Assembly (NCBI GenBank): GCA_036380695.1
Contig: DASVEG010000202.1
Span: forward strand, 1 to 58,342
Length of the DNA stretch: 58,342 nucleotides
Source of the DNA: Acidimicrobiales bacterium
Lineage (GTDB): Bacteria > Actinomycetota > Acidimicrobiia > Acidimicrobiales > CADCTF01
Reading direction: 5' to 3'
Under the pieces are notes generated by a model. That model saw nothing but the letters and a program-made list of their open reading frames with translations. It did no database searches and was not told where the DNA came from. Shown piece after piece: positions 26,587-33,890 of this stretch (its first letter is position 1; every line of letters starts with the position of its first letter). A program made the translations under genes and the position numbers.

Positions 26587-27645
26587 TCAGTCCTTGGTGA
26601 CGAATGGGAGTTTGACGACGGTGCCAGCGACGGTGCGGCCGCGTACGTCGACCTCGACGGCCGCGCCGACGTCGACGGTCGGCGGGAGGAACGCCAGCGC
26701 GATCCCCTTGCCGAGCGCGGGAGAGAAGTTGCCGCTCGTGACGGTGCCGGCGGGCTCGCCGTCGACCAGCACGGCGTAGCCCTCACGAGGCGGCTGGCGG
26801 CCGTCGACGACGATGCCGCGTAGGCGGCGGCGAGGGCCCCCGTCTCGCTCGGCCTCGAGCGCGGCGCGGCCGCGGAAGTCGCCCTTGTCCCAACGGACCA
26901 CCCAGGCCAGCCCGGCCTGCAACGGGGTGATGCCGGGCCCGAGCTCGTGGCCGTGCAGCGGAAGGCCGGCCTCGAGGCGGAGGAGGTCGCGCGCACCGAG
27001 CCCCGCGGGTGCGACACCGGCCGCGAGCAGCGCGTCCCAGAACCGGTTCGCGATCGCGGCGGGGACCGCGCACTCGACGCCGTCCTCGCCGGTGTAGCCG
27101 GTGCCGGCGACGACGACCGGCTCGCCGTTCCAGTCGACGGTGGTGACGCCGAACCGGGGTACCGCGGCGGCGTCGGGCGAGAGCTCGGCGACGGTGGCTC
27201 GGGCGGTCGGCCCCTGGACCGCGACGATCGCCCGCTGCGACGTGACGTCGGTGCCGCCGACGGCGTCGAGCACGCGGCTCGTGTTGGAGGCGTTGGGCAT
27301 GACGTGGAACCGGTCGTCGCCGACCCACCACACGATGATGTCGTCGAGCACGCTGGCGTCCTGCTCGTCGAGCAGGTGGGTGTACTGCGCCCGGCCGGGG
27401 CCGATGCGGGTGAGGTCGTTGGTGAGCGTGCGTTGCAGCCGGTCGAACGCGTCGGGCCCCGCGACCTCGACGGTGCCGAGGTGGCTGACGTCGAACGCGA
27501 CGCTCTGCTCGCGGCACGCGCGGTGCTCGGCCAGTGTGCCTGCCGGGTACGCGAGGGGCATCTCCCAGCCGCCGAACGGCACCATCTTCGCCCCGAGCGC
27601 GCGGTGGGCCTCGTCGAGGGGCGAGCGCCTCACTTCGTCCGGCAT
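26587..27645 (-). CDS. gcvT: Glycine cleavage system aminomethyltransferase (T protein)
   Basis: 352 aa with LDEAHRALGAKMVPFGGWEMPLAY...DVSHLG...GYTGEDGVE. Confidence 0.95.
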   Translation of the reverse strand: MPDEVRRSPLDEAHRALGAKMVPFGGWEMPLAYPAGTLAEHRACREQSVAFDVSHLGTVEVAGPDAFDRLQRTLTNDLTRIGPGRAQYTHLLDEQDASVLDDIIVWWVGDDRFHVMPNASNTSRVLDAVGGTDVTSQRAIVAVQGPTARATVAELSPDAAAVPRFGVTTVDWNGEPVVVAGTGYTGEDGVECAVPAAIANRFWDALLAAGVAPAGLGARDLLRLEAGLPLHGHELGPGITPLQAGLAWVVRWDKGDFRGRAALEAERDGGPRRRLRGIVVDGRQPPREGYAVLVDGEPAGTVTSGNFSPALGKGIALAFLPPTVDVGAAVEVDVRGRTVAGTVVKLPFVTKD

Positions 27646-27816
27646 GAGGTCGCCAGCCTAGGGGCCGCGGGCTGGTTCGATGGAACCATGGCGGGGGGGT
27701 GCTGGCACCACGTGCAGTGGGCGGGCGACCGGTCGATCGACACGCCGGGGGCCACCCTCGCCGGTCGGGCCAGATCAGGTGACGATGGGCTTGTTCCCAA
27801 CCTCAGGAGACGACAG

Positions 27817-28158
27817 ATGCGCAAGAAGAAGGTCATCGCCGGTGCTGCCCTCGCCGGCGCGGTCGTGCTCGGCAGTGCCTCCCCGGCGTTCGCCCACTTC
27901 TGCACGAACGCCGCGAAGAACGCGCACGCCCCCGAGGCGGGCGTGATGTCGACGTTCGACCCGACGACCGAGACGTTCACCCCGCTCGGGCCGGGCAAGG
28001 GCGGCTTCACCGCGATCGTCATCGGCGGCCAGGTCGTCGGCTCGACCTACGCCAACGTCCTCCTGCCCGACGGCGCGCGCAACGCCGGCCCCGGCGACGA
28101 CGCCTGCGACGGCATCGGCAACGACGACATGCTGTCCTGCATGGGGATCCCCCACTAG
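27817..28158 (+). CDS. Small secreted protein (113 aa), hypothetical
   Basis: ATG 27817 lies 6 nt after AGGAGA. Has a Sec-type signal peptide MRKKKVIAGAALAGAVVLGSASPAFA and three Cys in the mature part. I recognise no family. Confidence 0.6.
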   Translation: MRKKKVIAGAALAGAVVLGSASPAFAHFCTNAAKNAHAPEAGVMSTFDPTTETFTPLGPGKGGFTAIVIGGQVVGSTYANVLLPDGARNAGPGDDACDGIGNDDMLSCMGIPH

Positions 28159-28171
28159 GTCCCCTCTTCGC

Positions 28172-28218
28172 TTCTGGGTGGATGAGCCCGGCTCTAGGCC
28201 GGACTCATCCACCCAGAA
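28172..28218. repeat. Family-2 hairpin repeat, copy a (21-bp arms, one mismatch)
   Basis: TTCTGGGTGGATGAGCCCGGC tctag GCCGGACTCATCCACCCAGAA. The arms match the reverse complement of 41015-41061. Confidence 0.9.
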
Positions 28219-28238
28219 CGAGAGGACGGGCGGCGGGC

Positions 28239-28790
28239 TCACCGGTCAGGGCGAAACTCGGTGCCGATGAAGGCGGCGTGCGCGGGGTCGACGGGATTCC
28301 ACCGCCACCTGCTCCGACGCCCATCCAGCGCCGCAAGCCAGTCTTCGGCCGCGGCCATCGCTGCTGCGGCCTGGGCGTCGTCGGGCACGGGCAAAGGTTC
28401 GCCCTGGTTATCGATCACGATCCACCACCCGTCCGCGTGATCGAGCATCACGAAGCGCTCGCTTCCCGCGGTGCCCATCGCCGCGATCGACAGGGAGTGC
28501 GACCCGGGCGCATCCTCGACGGAGGTTCGTACCGCGTGGATCAACTCGTCGATCGCCGTGCGGGGCGCCCGGCCGAGGTCGACGTGGAACGCCGCGACAT
28601 GGCCGGGCCCCTCGGGCGTCCAAGCGATGTCTTCCATGGAGTGGACGGTGCTGCCGGACGGGTGATCGACCCAGTGGCCGTACCATGCCAGCAGCTCGCT
28701 CTCGACGGCTGCACGCACGTCGCTCGCGAGGTGGATCTCGACGATCACGTCGACAGCGAGGGCATGCACGTCGACGTTCAGCCGACCCAC
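28239..28790 (-). CDS. Hypothetical protein (183 aa)
   Basis: GTG-initiated ORF with high third-position GC. It is the last gene of the MerR / ORF145 minus-strand unit. I recognise no motif. Confidence 0.55.
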   Translation of the reverse strand: MGRLNVDVHALAVDVIVEIHLASDVRAAVESELLAWYGHWVDHPSGSTVHSMEDIAWTPEGPGHVAAFHVDLGRAPRTAIDELIHAVRTSVEDAPGSHSLSIAAMGTAGSERFVMLDHADGWWIVIDNQGEPLPVPDDAQAAAAMAAAEDWLAALDGRRSRWRWNPVDPAHAAFIGTEFRPDR

Positions 28791-28814
28791 GACGTTCCTT
28801 TCCGCCGCGCCGCC

Positions 28815-29252
28815 TCAGTCGTCGTCGACGGTGAAGTCGAGGGGTTGCGGCGCGGTGAGGTCGACGCCGGTGAGCTGGGATGGCTCCTCGAGGCCGTACT
28901 TCGCCAGCAGCGCGAGGTAGTCGCGCTGGTAGAGGATCTTCACCTTGATCTCCGGGTGCAGCTCGCGGAGGCGGCGCACCTTGCGGTTCTTCTTCGTCAC
29001 CAGCTTCTGGTTGAGCGTGGTGATCTCGAGGAAGAGGTCGTAGGCCGGCAGGTAGAAGTCGGGCGAGAACGCCTGCTCGGGGTTGCCGGCGCGATCCCAC
29101 TGCAGGACGAAGGTCCGCGGCTCGTACTCCCACGCGATGCCGTAGAAGTCGAGCAGCTTCGCGAACTGCCGCTCGGAGTTGTGCGCGAAGCGCGTCCGCT
29201 CGTGCGGCAGGATGTCGCGGCGCGCGGCGCCGGCCGGGGATGGCAGGTTCAG
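28815..29252 (-). CDS. Conserved-looking hypothetical protein (about 145 aa) with a non-canonical start
   Basis: Shows a strong coding signature (high GC3). Sequence FSPDFYLPAYDLFLEITTLNQKLVTKKNRK is faintly reminiscent of a PD-(D/E)xK fold. There is no ATG/GTG/TTG in the first ~90 codons. CTG 29252 overlaps the MerR stop (CTGA). Confidence 0.6.
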   Translation of the reverse strand: MNLPSPAGAARRDILPHERTRFAHNSERQFAKLLDFYGIAWEYEPRTFVLQWDRAGNPEQAFSPDFYLPAYDLFLEITTLNQKLVTKKNRKVRRLRELHPEIKVKILYQRDYLALLAKYGLEEPSQLTGVDLTAPQPLDFTVDDD

Positions 29253-29761
29253 CCCCCGGACGCGACCTTGCCGGTGGTGCCGGTGCCGTCGGTGGTGCCG
29301 GTGGTGGCCTCGCCGTCGGCCGTCGGGGCCGCGGTGGGAGCGGCGAACGCGAGGATCGCCGCGTCGAGCTCTTCCTTCACGTGGGCGAGCGGCACGATGT
29401 TGAGCACGCCCTGGCCGCCCCGCAGCAGGTCGACGATCTCCTCGCCCGTGGAGGCGAGCACCGACTCGGTGCCGTTGAGCACGAGGTTGGCTGCGGCGAC
29501 GTCTTCCCCGAGGTTCTCCCGCAGGTAGCCGACGGCCTTGCGCACCGACTGCAGCGAGATGCCGGCGTCGAGCAGGCGCTTGATGACCTTGAGCTCGAGC
29601 AGGTCCTTGTACGAGTAGCGCCGCTGGGTGCCACTCCCCTTCGCCTCGGCGAGCGAGGGGCGGAGCAGGTCGGTACGCGCCCAGTAGTCGAGCTGGCGGT
29701 AGGTGATCCCAACGATCTTGCAGACCTGGGGTCCGCGGAAGCTCGACGTCTCGACCGGCAT
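29249..29761 (-). CDS. MerR-family transcriptional regulator (Rv1830/McdR-like position)
   Basis: HTH VCKIVGITYRQLDYWARTDLL...RRYSYKDLLELKVIKRLL is present. Synteny matches the actinobacterial gcvH-garA-merR-nuclease-merR block. Confidence 0.9.
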   Translation of the reverse strand: MPVETSSFRGPQVCKIVGITYRQLDYWARTDLLRPSLAEAKGSGTQRRYSYKDLLELKVIKRLLDAGISLQSVRKAVGYLRENLGEDVAAANLVLNGTESVLASTGEEIVDLLRGGQGVLNIVPLAHVKEELDAAILAFAAPTAAPTADGEATTGTTDGTGTTGKVASGG

Positions 29762-29870
29762 CGGGGAAGTGCCTTTCTCTGACGCTCCGTCTTGTAGTTA
29801 CGGAGGTGTAAGGCAACGGTACCCGTGCGGCGGCACGCACGTCAACGAGCCCCTTACTCGTTACCAACGC

Positions 29871-30356
29871 CTACGAGGCGAAGTCCTCCGGGCGCACCTG
29901 CTCGATGAACTTCTGGAATTCCTCGATGACCTCTTCTTGCTCGTCGTCGTCCTGCAGCACGTAGCCCTCGGCGTCGAGCAGTGCTTCGTCCGCGTAGATG
30001 GTCGTGCCGGTGCGGACCGCGATGGCGATCGCGTCGGACGGGCGGCTGGAGACGACGATGCTCTGCCCCGCGCGCCGCAGCCGCAGCTCGGCGTAATAGA
30101 TCTTGTCGCGGAGCTCGGTGATGACGACGGCCTCGACCTCGACGTCGAGCGCGCCGAACAGGTCTCGTATGAGGTCGTGTGTGAGGGGCCGGACCGGTGC
30201 CATCCCCTGCACCGCCCTGGCGATCGCGGTCGCCTCCTCGTGCCCGATGAGGATCGGAAGCGTGCGACCGGATTCCGCGCCCGCCTCCTTCAGCAGAACG
30301 ACCGGCACGTTGTCCGGCATATGCACCCTGATAGAGGACAGGGCCATCTCGATCAC
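29871..30356 (-). CDS. Bifunctional nuclease family protein (DUF151, Rv1829-like)
   Basis: 161 aa with PVVLLKEAGAESGRTLPILIGHEEATAIA...RPLTHDLIRDL...VITELRDKIYYAEL. Confidence 0.9.
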   Translation of the reverse strand: MIEMALSSIRVHMPDNVPVVLLKEAGAESGRTLPILIGHEEATAIARAVQGMAPVRPLTHDLIRDLFGALDVEVEAVVITELRDKIYYAELRLRRAGQSIVVSSRPSDAIAIAVRTGTTIYADEALLDAEGYVLQDDDEQEEVIEEFQKFIEQVRPEDFAS

Positions 30357-30934
30357 CTCTCCACCCTACCGCCCGCGGTGCCGAACAACTCGTCTTCGTA
30401 CGCGTCCGCGCCGGCCGTCAGCGCGCCGCGATCGGCGGTGAGGATGCGGTCGAGGTTGCGGTACCGCTCGGCATGGTCGAGGCCGTAGCCGACGACGAAC
30501 TCGTCCGCGATCTCGAGGCCGACGAACCGCAGGGGTGTCGGGACGAGCCGCCGGACGGCCTTGTCGAGCAGCGTGCACACCGCGAGCGACCGGGGCCCCC
30601 GCCGGTCGAGCTCGCCGGTGATGTAGGCGAGCGTGAGACCGGTGTCGACGATGTCCTCGACCAGCACCACGTCGAGCCCGTGGATGTCGCGGTCGAGGTC
30701 CTTCACCAGCCGCACGCGACCCGAGTCCGGCGCGTACGAAGAGATGGCCAGGAAGTCGATCTCGACAGGGACGGAGCGGTCGACGGCGCGGACGAGGTCC
30801 GCCAGGAAGAGGACGCTGCCCTTGAGGACGGCGACGAACAGCACGCCGTCCGGGTACGCGCTCGATATCTCGCCGCCGAGGCGGCGGACCTCCGCCTGCA
30901 GCCGTTCGCGATCGGCGACGACGCGCAGCGCCAG
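30353..30934 (-). CDS. hpt: Hypoxanthine phosphoribosyltransferase
   Basis: PRPP-binding motif VVLVEDIVDTGLTL and LKGSVLFLADL are present. The conserved N-terminal helix (ADRERLQAEVRRLGGEISSAY) lies upstream of the first canonical start (GTG 30844). The start is therefore placed at CTG 30934, 1 nt after the MerR stop, and remains uncertain. Confidence 0.86.
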   Translation of the reverse strand: MALRVVADRERLQAEVRRLGGEISSAYPDGVLFVAVLKGSVLFLADLVRAVDRSVPVEIDFLAISSYAPDSGRVRLVKDLDRDIHGLDVVLVEDIVDTGLTLAYITGELDRRGPRSLAVCTLLDKAVRRLVPTPLRFVGLEIADEFVVGYGLDHAERYRNLDRILTADRGALTAGADAYEDELFGTAGGRVER

Positions 30935-30935
30935 C

Positions 30936-31808
30936 TCAGGACCCGCCGGTGTGATCGCGGAGGGCGGCCCGCAGCATGGCGGCCCGCATCCCCTGGCCGA
31001 GCTTGCTCATCTCCACGAGCATGTCCATGGCCTGGCGGCGCGACCGCGGGTTGCGCTGCTTCAGCAGCGGCATCACGAGTTGTTCGAAGAACCCCGCTTC
31101 GCGCTCGGCCGCCGTCTTGTACATGCGCAGGTGCCGGGCCTCCACGCCGAATCGGATGAACCCGGCCGCGAGGTTGGCGACGATGAGCGCCTCCTCGTCG
31201 TAGTACGTCGTGCCCGCGACCGGGCGGCCGGCGAGCAGGCCGAACCGCTCGAGCTCGCGCAGCTCGTCGGGCTTGAGACCGGACGCCTGGCCCAGCTCGT
31301 CGAGCGTCATGCTCACGCCCGTCCGCACGACCTGCAGCGGGTTCACCTCGTCGGCGACGGGCGAGGGCGGCGACGGCGCGACGGCAAGCGCGGTCACCGG
31401 CACCTGCTGGCGCCGCGTCGGCTGCGCGGGCACGCCGGAGGACGTCCCCGCCGGGCTCGGCGAAGACCCGCCCGCGTCCTCGGTGCCGTCGACGCCTGCG
31501 TCGTTCGCGCCGACGGTCACGGCGACGGCGACGGGCGACGACCCGTCCGCGTCGTCGTCGAGCTCGTCGGTGCCGAGGCGGCCCTTGATCACCTTGAGCG
31601 GGAGGTACTGCTCCTTCTGTTGATGGAGGATCCAGCGAAGGCGGTCGACGTCGGCGTCGTAGAACTTGCGGTAGCCCGACGGCGTGCGCTCGGGGTCGAG
31701 CAGCCCCTGGCTCTCGAGGAAGCGAATCTTCGAGATCGTCAGGTCGGGGAACTCGGGCCGCAAGAGCGCGAGCACTTCGCCGATCGACAGGTACGGGCGG
31801 TCAGCCAC
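30936..31808 (-). CDS. MerR-family regulator (FtsR/Rv1828-like)
   Basis: GTG 31808 overlaps the end of the FHA gene (GTGGCTGA). N-terminal HTH LSIGEVLALLRPEFPDLTISKIRFLESQGLL...GYRKFYDADVDRLRWIL. A second MerR-like C-terminal domain is also present (MTLDELGQASGLKPDELRELERFGLL). Confidence 0.88.
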   Translation of the reverse strand: MADRPYLSIGEVLALLRPEFPDLTISKIRFLESQGLLDPERTPSGYRKFYDADVDRLRWILHQQKEQYLPLKVIKGRLGTDELDDDADGSSPVAVAVTVGANDAGVDGTEDAGGSSPSPAGTSSGVPAQPTRRQQVPVTALAVAPSPPSPVADEVNPLQVVRTGVSMTLDELGQASGLKPDELRELERFGLLAGRPVAGTTYYDEEALIVANLAAGFIRFGVEARHLRMYKTAAEREAGFFEQLVMPLLKQRNPRSRRQAMDMLVEMSKLGQGMRAAMLRAALRDHTGGS

Positions 31809-32298
31809 CGGAGGGGGCGTCGCCGCCGGGCGCGGCGAGGAAGACCAGCTTGAACTTGCCGATCTGCACCTCGTCGCCCGTGACGAGCTCGGCGTCGTCG
31901 ATGCGGCCGCGGTTGAGGTAGGTGCCGTTGAGCGAGCCGACGTCGCGGACGCGGTAGCCGCCCTCGGCGCGGACGAACTCGGCGTGGCGGCGGGACACGG
32001 TGATGTCGTCGAGGAAGATGCCGCTGTCGGGATGGCGGCCGGCACGCACGACCTCGTCGTCGAGCACGTAACGCGACCCCGCGTTCGGGCCTCGCTTCAC
32101 CCACAGCAGGCCGGTGCCCTCCGGCAGCTCGGGCAGGACGACTTGGGCTTCTTCGGCCGGGTCGCCCGCATCGACGGGCTGGAACGTGATCGTCGTCGGC
32201 TCGTCGCTCGCGCGGTCGAGGACGTGGCCGCACGACGAGCAGAAGTTCGAGCCGACCGGGTTCCGGTGCCCGCAGTTGTTGCAGTACACGTCCGCCAC
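31801..32298 (-). CDS. FHA-domain protein (GarA/OdhI-like position) with N-terminal zinc ribbon
   Basis: N-terminus is CNNCGHRNPVGSNFCSSCG. The FHA core is GRHPDSGIFLDDITVSRRHAEF...DVGSLNGTYLN. A TT pair (EPTTITF) lies in the linker. Confidence 0.9.
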   Translation of the reverse strand: MADVYCNNCGHRNPVGSNFCSSCGHVLDRASDEPTTITFQPVDAGDPAEEAQVVLPELPEGTGLLWVKRGPNAGSRYVLDDEVVRAGRHPDSGIFLDDITVSRRHAEFVRAEGGYRVRDVGSLNGTYLNRGRIDDAELVTGDEVQIGKFKLVFLAAPGGDAPSGG

Positions 32299-32364
32299 GC
32301 CGCAACGGTATCGGAAACCCTCAACCTCCAGAAGAGGGTCGGCCCGTCGCGCCTCCCGTCGGCT

Positions 32365-32415
32365 CGTTCCGGAGGCAATAGAGGCGGTACCACCGCACCT
32401 ATTGCCTCCGGAACG
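32365..32415. repeat. Family-1 hairpin repeat, copy b (two substitutions in the right arm)
   Basis: CGTTCCGGAGGCAATAGAGGCGG tacca CCGCACCTATTGCCTCCGGAACG, located between the gcvH stop and the FHA gene start. Confidence 0.9.
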
Positions 32416-32430
32416 CAGTAAGCGGTGGGG

Positions 32431-32814
32431 TCAGTCAGCGATGAGGCGGCCGTAGGCCTCGGCGTCGAGGAGGCCGGCGACGTCGTCGGCGTTCGACGGC
32501 TCGATGATGCAGATCCAGCCCTCGCCGTACGGGTCTTCGTTGAGCTTCTGGGGGGCGTCGTCGAGCTCGGCGTTCACCGCGGAAATCTCGCCGCTGATCG
32601 GCGCGTAGATGTCGGAGACCGACTTCGTCGACTCGACCGAACCGAAGGAGACCCCGGCCTCCACCTTCGACCCGGGCTCTGGCAGCTCGACGTACACGAC
32701 GTCGCCGAGCGCGTCCTGCGCGTAGTCGGTGATCCCGATGCGGACCTTGCCGGACTCCAGCCGGGCCCACTCGTGGTCGGACGTGTACCGCAGGTCGTCG
32801 GGCACCTCGCTCAT
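32431..32814 (-). CDS. gcvH: Glycine cleavage system H protein
   Basis: 127 aa with YTSDHEWAR...GITDYAQDALGDVVYVELP...VESTKSVSDIYAP (lipoyl-Lys context). Confidence 0.95.
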   Translation of the reverse strand: MSEVPDDLRYTSDHEWARLESGKVRIGITDYAQDALGDVVYVELPEPGSKVEAGVSFGSVESTKSVSDIYAPISGEISAVNAELDDAPQKLNEDPYGEGWICIIEPSNADDVAGLLDAEAYGRLIAD

Positions 32815-33566
32815 GACCGCGAACCTACCGGACGCGCCGCGTCGAGCTCGGGGGGCCGGGCCAGGGCGGGCAGGTCGACCTTCGCCTGCTTCTGCACCTC
32901 CACCCTCACGCCCTTGAGCGCGGTGATCGAGTCGACGGCGCCGCCGGGGATCTTGAGGCCGCCCTCGAGCGTCGCGGCCTGCCCTATCGCCGCCACCCGG
33001 TACGGCGCGGTCAGGGCCCTCCCGTCGATCGCGACGCGTCCCTCACGTTCGGAGAACGCGGACGCCACGCCGATGCGCTCGTTGTTCACGGCGATGGCCT
33101 CGGCGCCTGCGTCCCGCAGTTCCTGGACGATGTCGATCATCGCGTCGTAGGTGAGCCGCCCCTCCGGGTCGCTGATCGACACGACCACGCCAGGGCCCGT
33201 CACCGGCGTCGTGCCCGACAGCACCTCCAGCGACCGCAGCTGCTGGTCGACGGCGGCTGCGGCCGACGCGTCGCTCTCCGACGAACGGCGGACCTCGTTC
33301 AGCTGCACCTTCAGCTCCGACAACTCCGCCTGCAGCGCGTCGGCCTCGGTGTTCAGACCTGCGAGGATCCGGGCGAGGTCGCCCTCGTTCTCCGCCTCGA
33401 GCGGGTTGGCCTCCTGGCGGTCGCCCTGCAGCTGGCCGACGAGCAGGAAGCCGGCCACCGCCGCGAACGCGAGGACGAACGCCGGCACGAGCGTGCCGCT
33501 CGGCGCGCCGACGATCCGGCGCAGCGCGCCGAGCCGGCCAGACGTCGCGGTGACGGGCGCGGTCAT
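32811..33566 (-). CDS. DUF881-domain membrane protein (Rv1825-like)
   Basis: ATG 33566 overlaps the sbp stop (ATGA). Has a TM helix, a coiled coil (ALQAELSELKVQLNE) and a C-terminal DUF881-like region (GPGVVVSISD...AIAVNNERI). Confidence 0.85.
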   Translation of the reverse strand: MTAPVTATSGRLGALRRIVGAPSGTLVPAFVLAFAAVAGFLLVGQLQGDRQEANPLEAENEGDLARILAGLNTEADALQAELSELKVQLNEVRRSSESDASAAAAVDQQLRSLEVLSGTTPVTGPGVVVSISDPEGRLTYDAMIDIVQELRDAGAEAIAVNNERIGVASAFSEREGRVAIDGRALTAPYRVAAIGQAATLEGGLKIPGGAVDSITALKGVRVEVQKQAKVDLPALARPPELDAARPVGSRS

Positions 33567-33889
33567 CCGCGGAAGACCCGGCGCCGGATCGCGGCGACGT
33601 TCTGGAAGATGCGGATGCCGAGCACCACGGCGACCGCGGTGGTCAGGTCGACGGACAGCTGGTCTCCCAGCCACACCAGGCCGGCAGCCACCGCCGCGTT
33701 GACGAGGAAGGCGACGACGAACAGGCGGTCGTTGAACGTGTGGTCGAGGTAGGCACGCAGCCCGCCAACCGATGCGTCGACCGCCGCCACGACGCCCATG
33801 GCGACGTAACGCGTCAGCTCCGCCGGCACGGTCGGACGCAACACCAAGGCGATGAGCGCGCCGATCGCGAGGCCGATCAGCGCGGGCAC
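33563..33889 (-). CDS. sbp: Small basic membrane protein Sbp (DUF1290, Rv1824-like)
   Basis: 108 aa with three hydrophobic helices and a basic tail (IRRRVFRG). Flanked by two DUF881 genes, as in other actinobacteria. Confidence 0.85.
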   Translation of the reverse strand: MPALIGLAIGALIALVLRPTVPAELTRYVAMGVVAAVDASVGGLRAYLDHTFNDRLFVVAFLVNAAVAAGLVWLGDQLSVDLTTAVAVVLGIRIFQNVAAIRRRVFRG

Positions 33890-33890
33890 G

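Noticed and set aside
27646-27816. Expected glycine riboswitch upstream of gcvT
   Set aside because: I read the minus-strand leader base by base and found no GGAGAG or ACCGAAGGGGCAA-type conserved cores. A covariance-model search would be needed to be certain.
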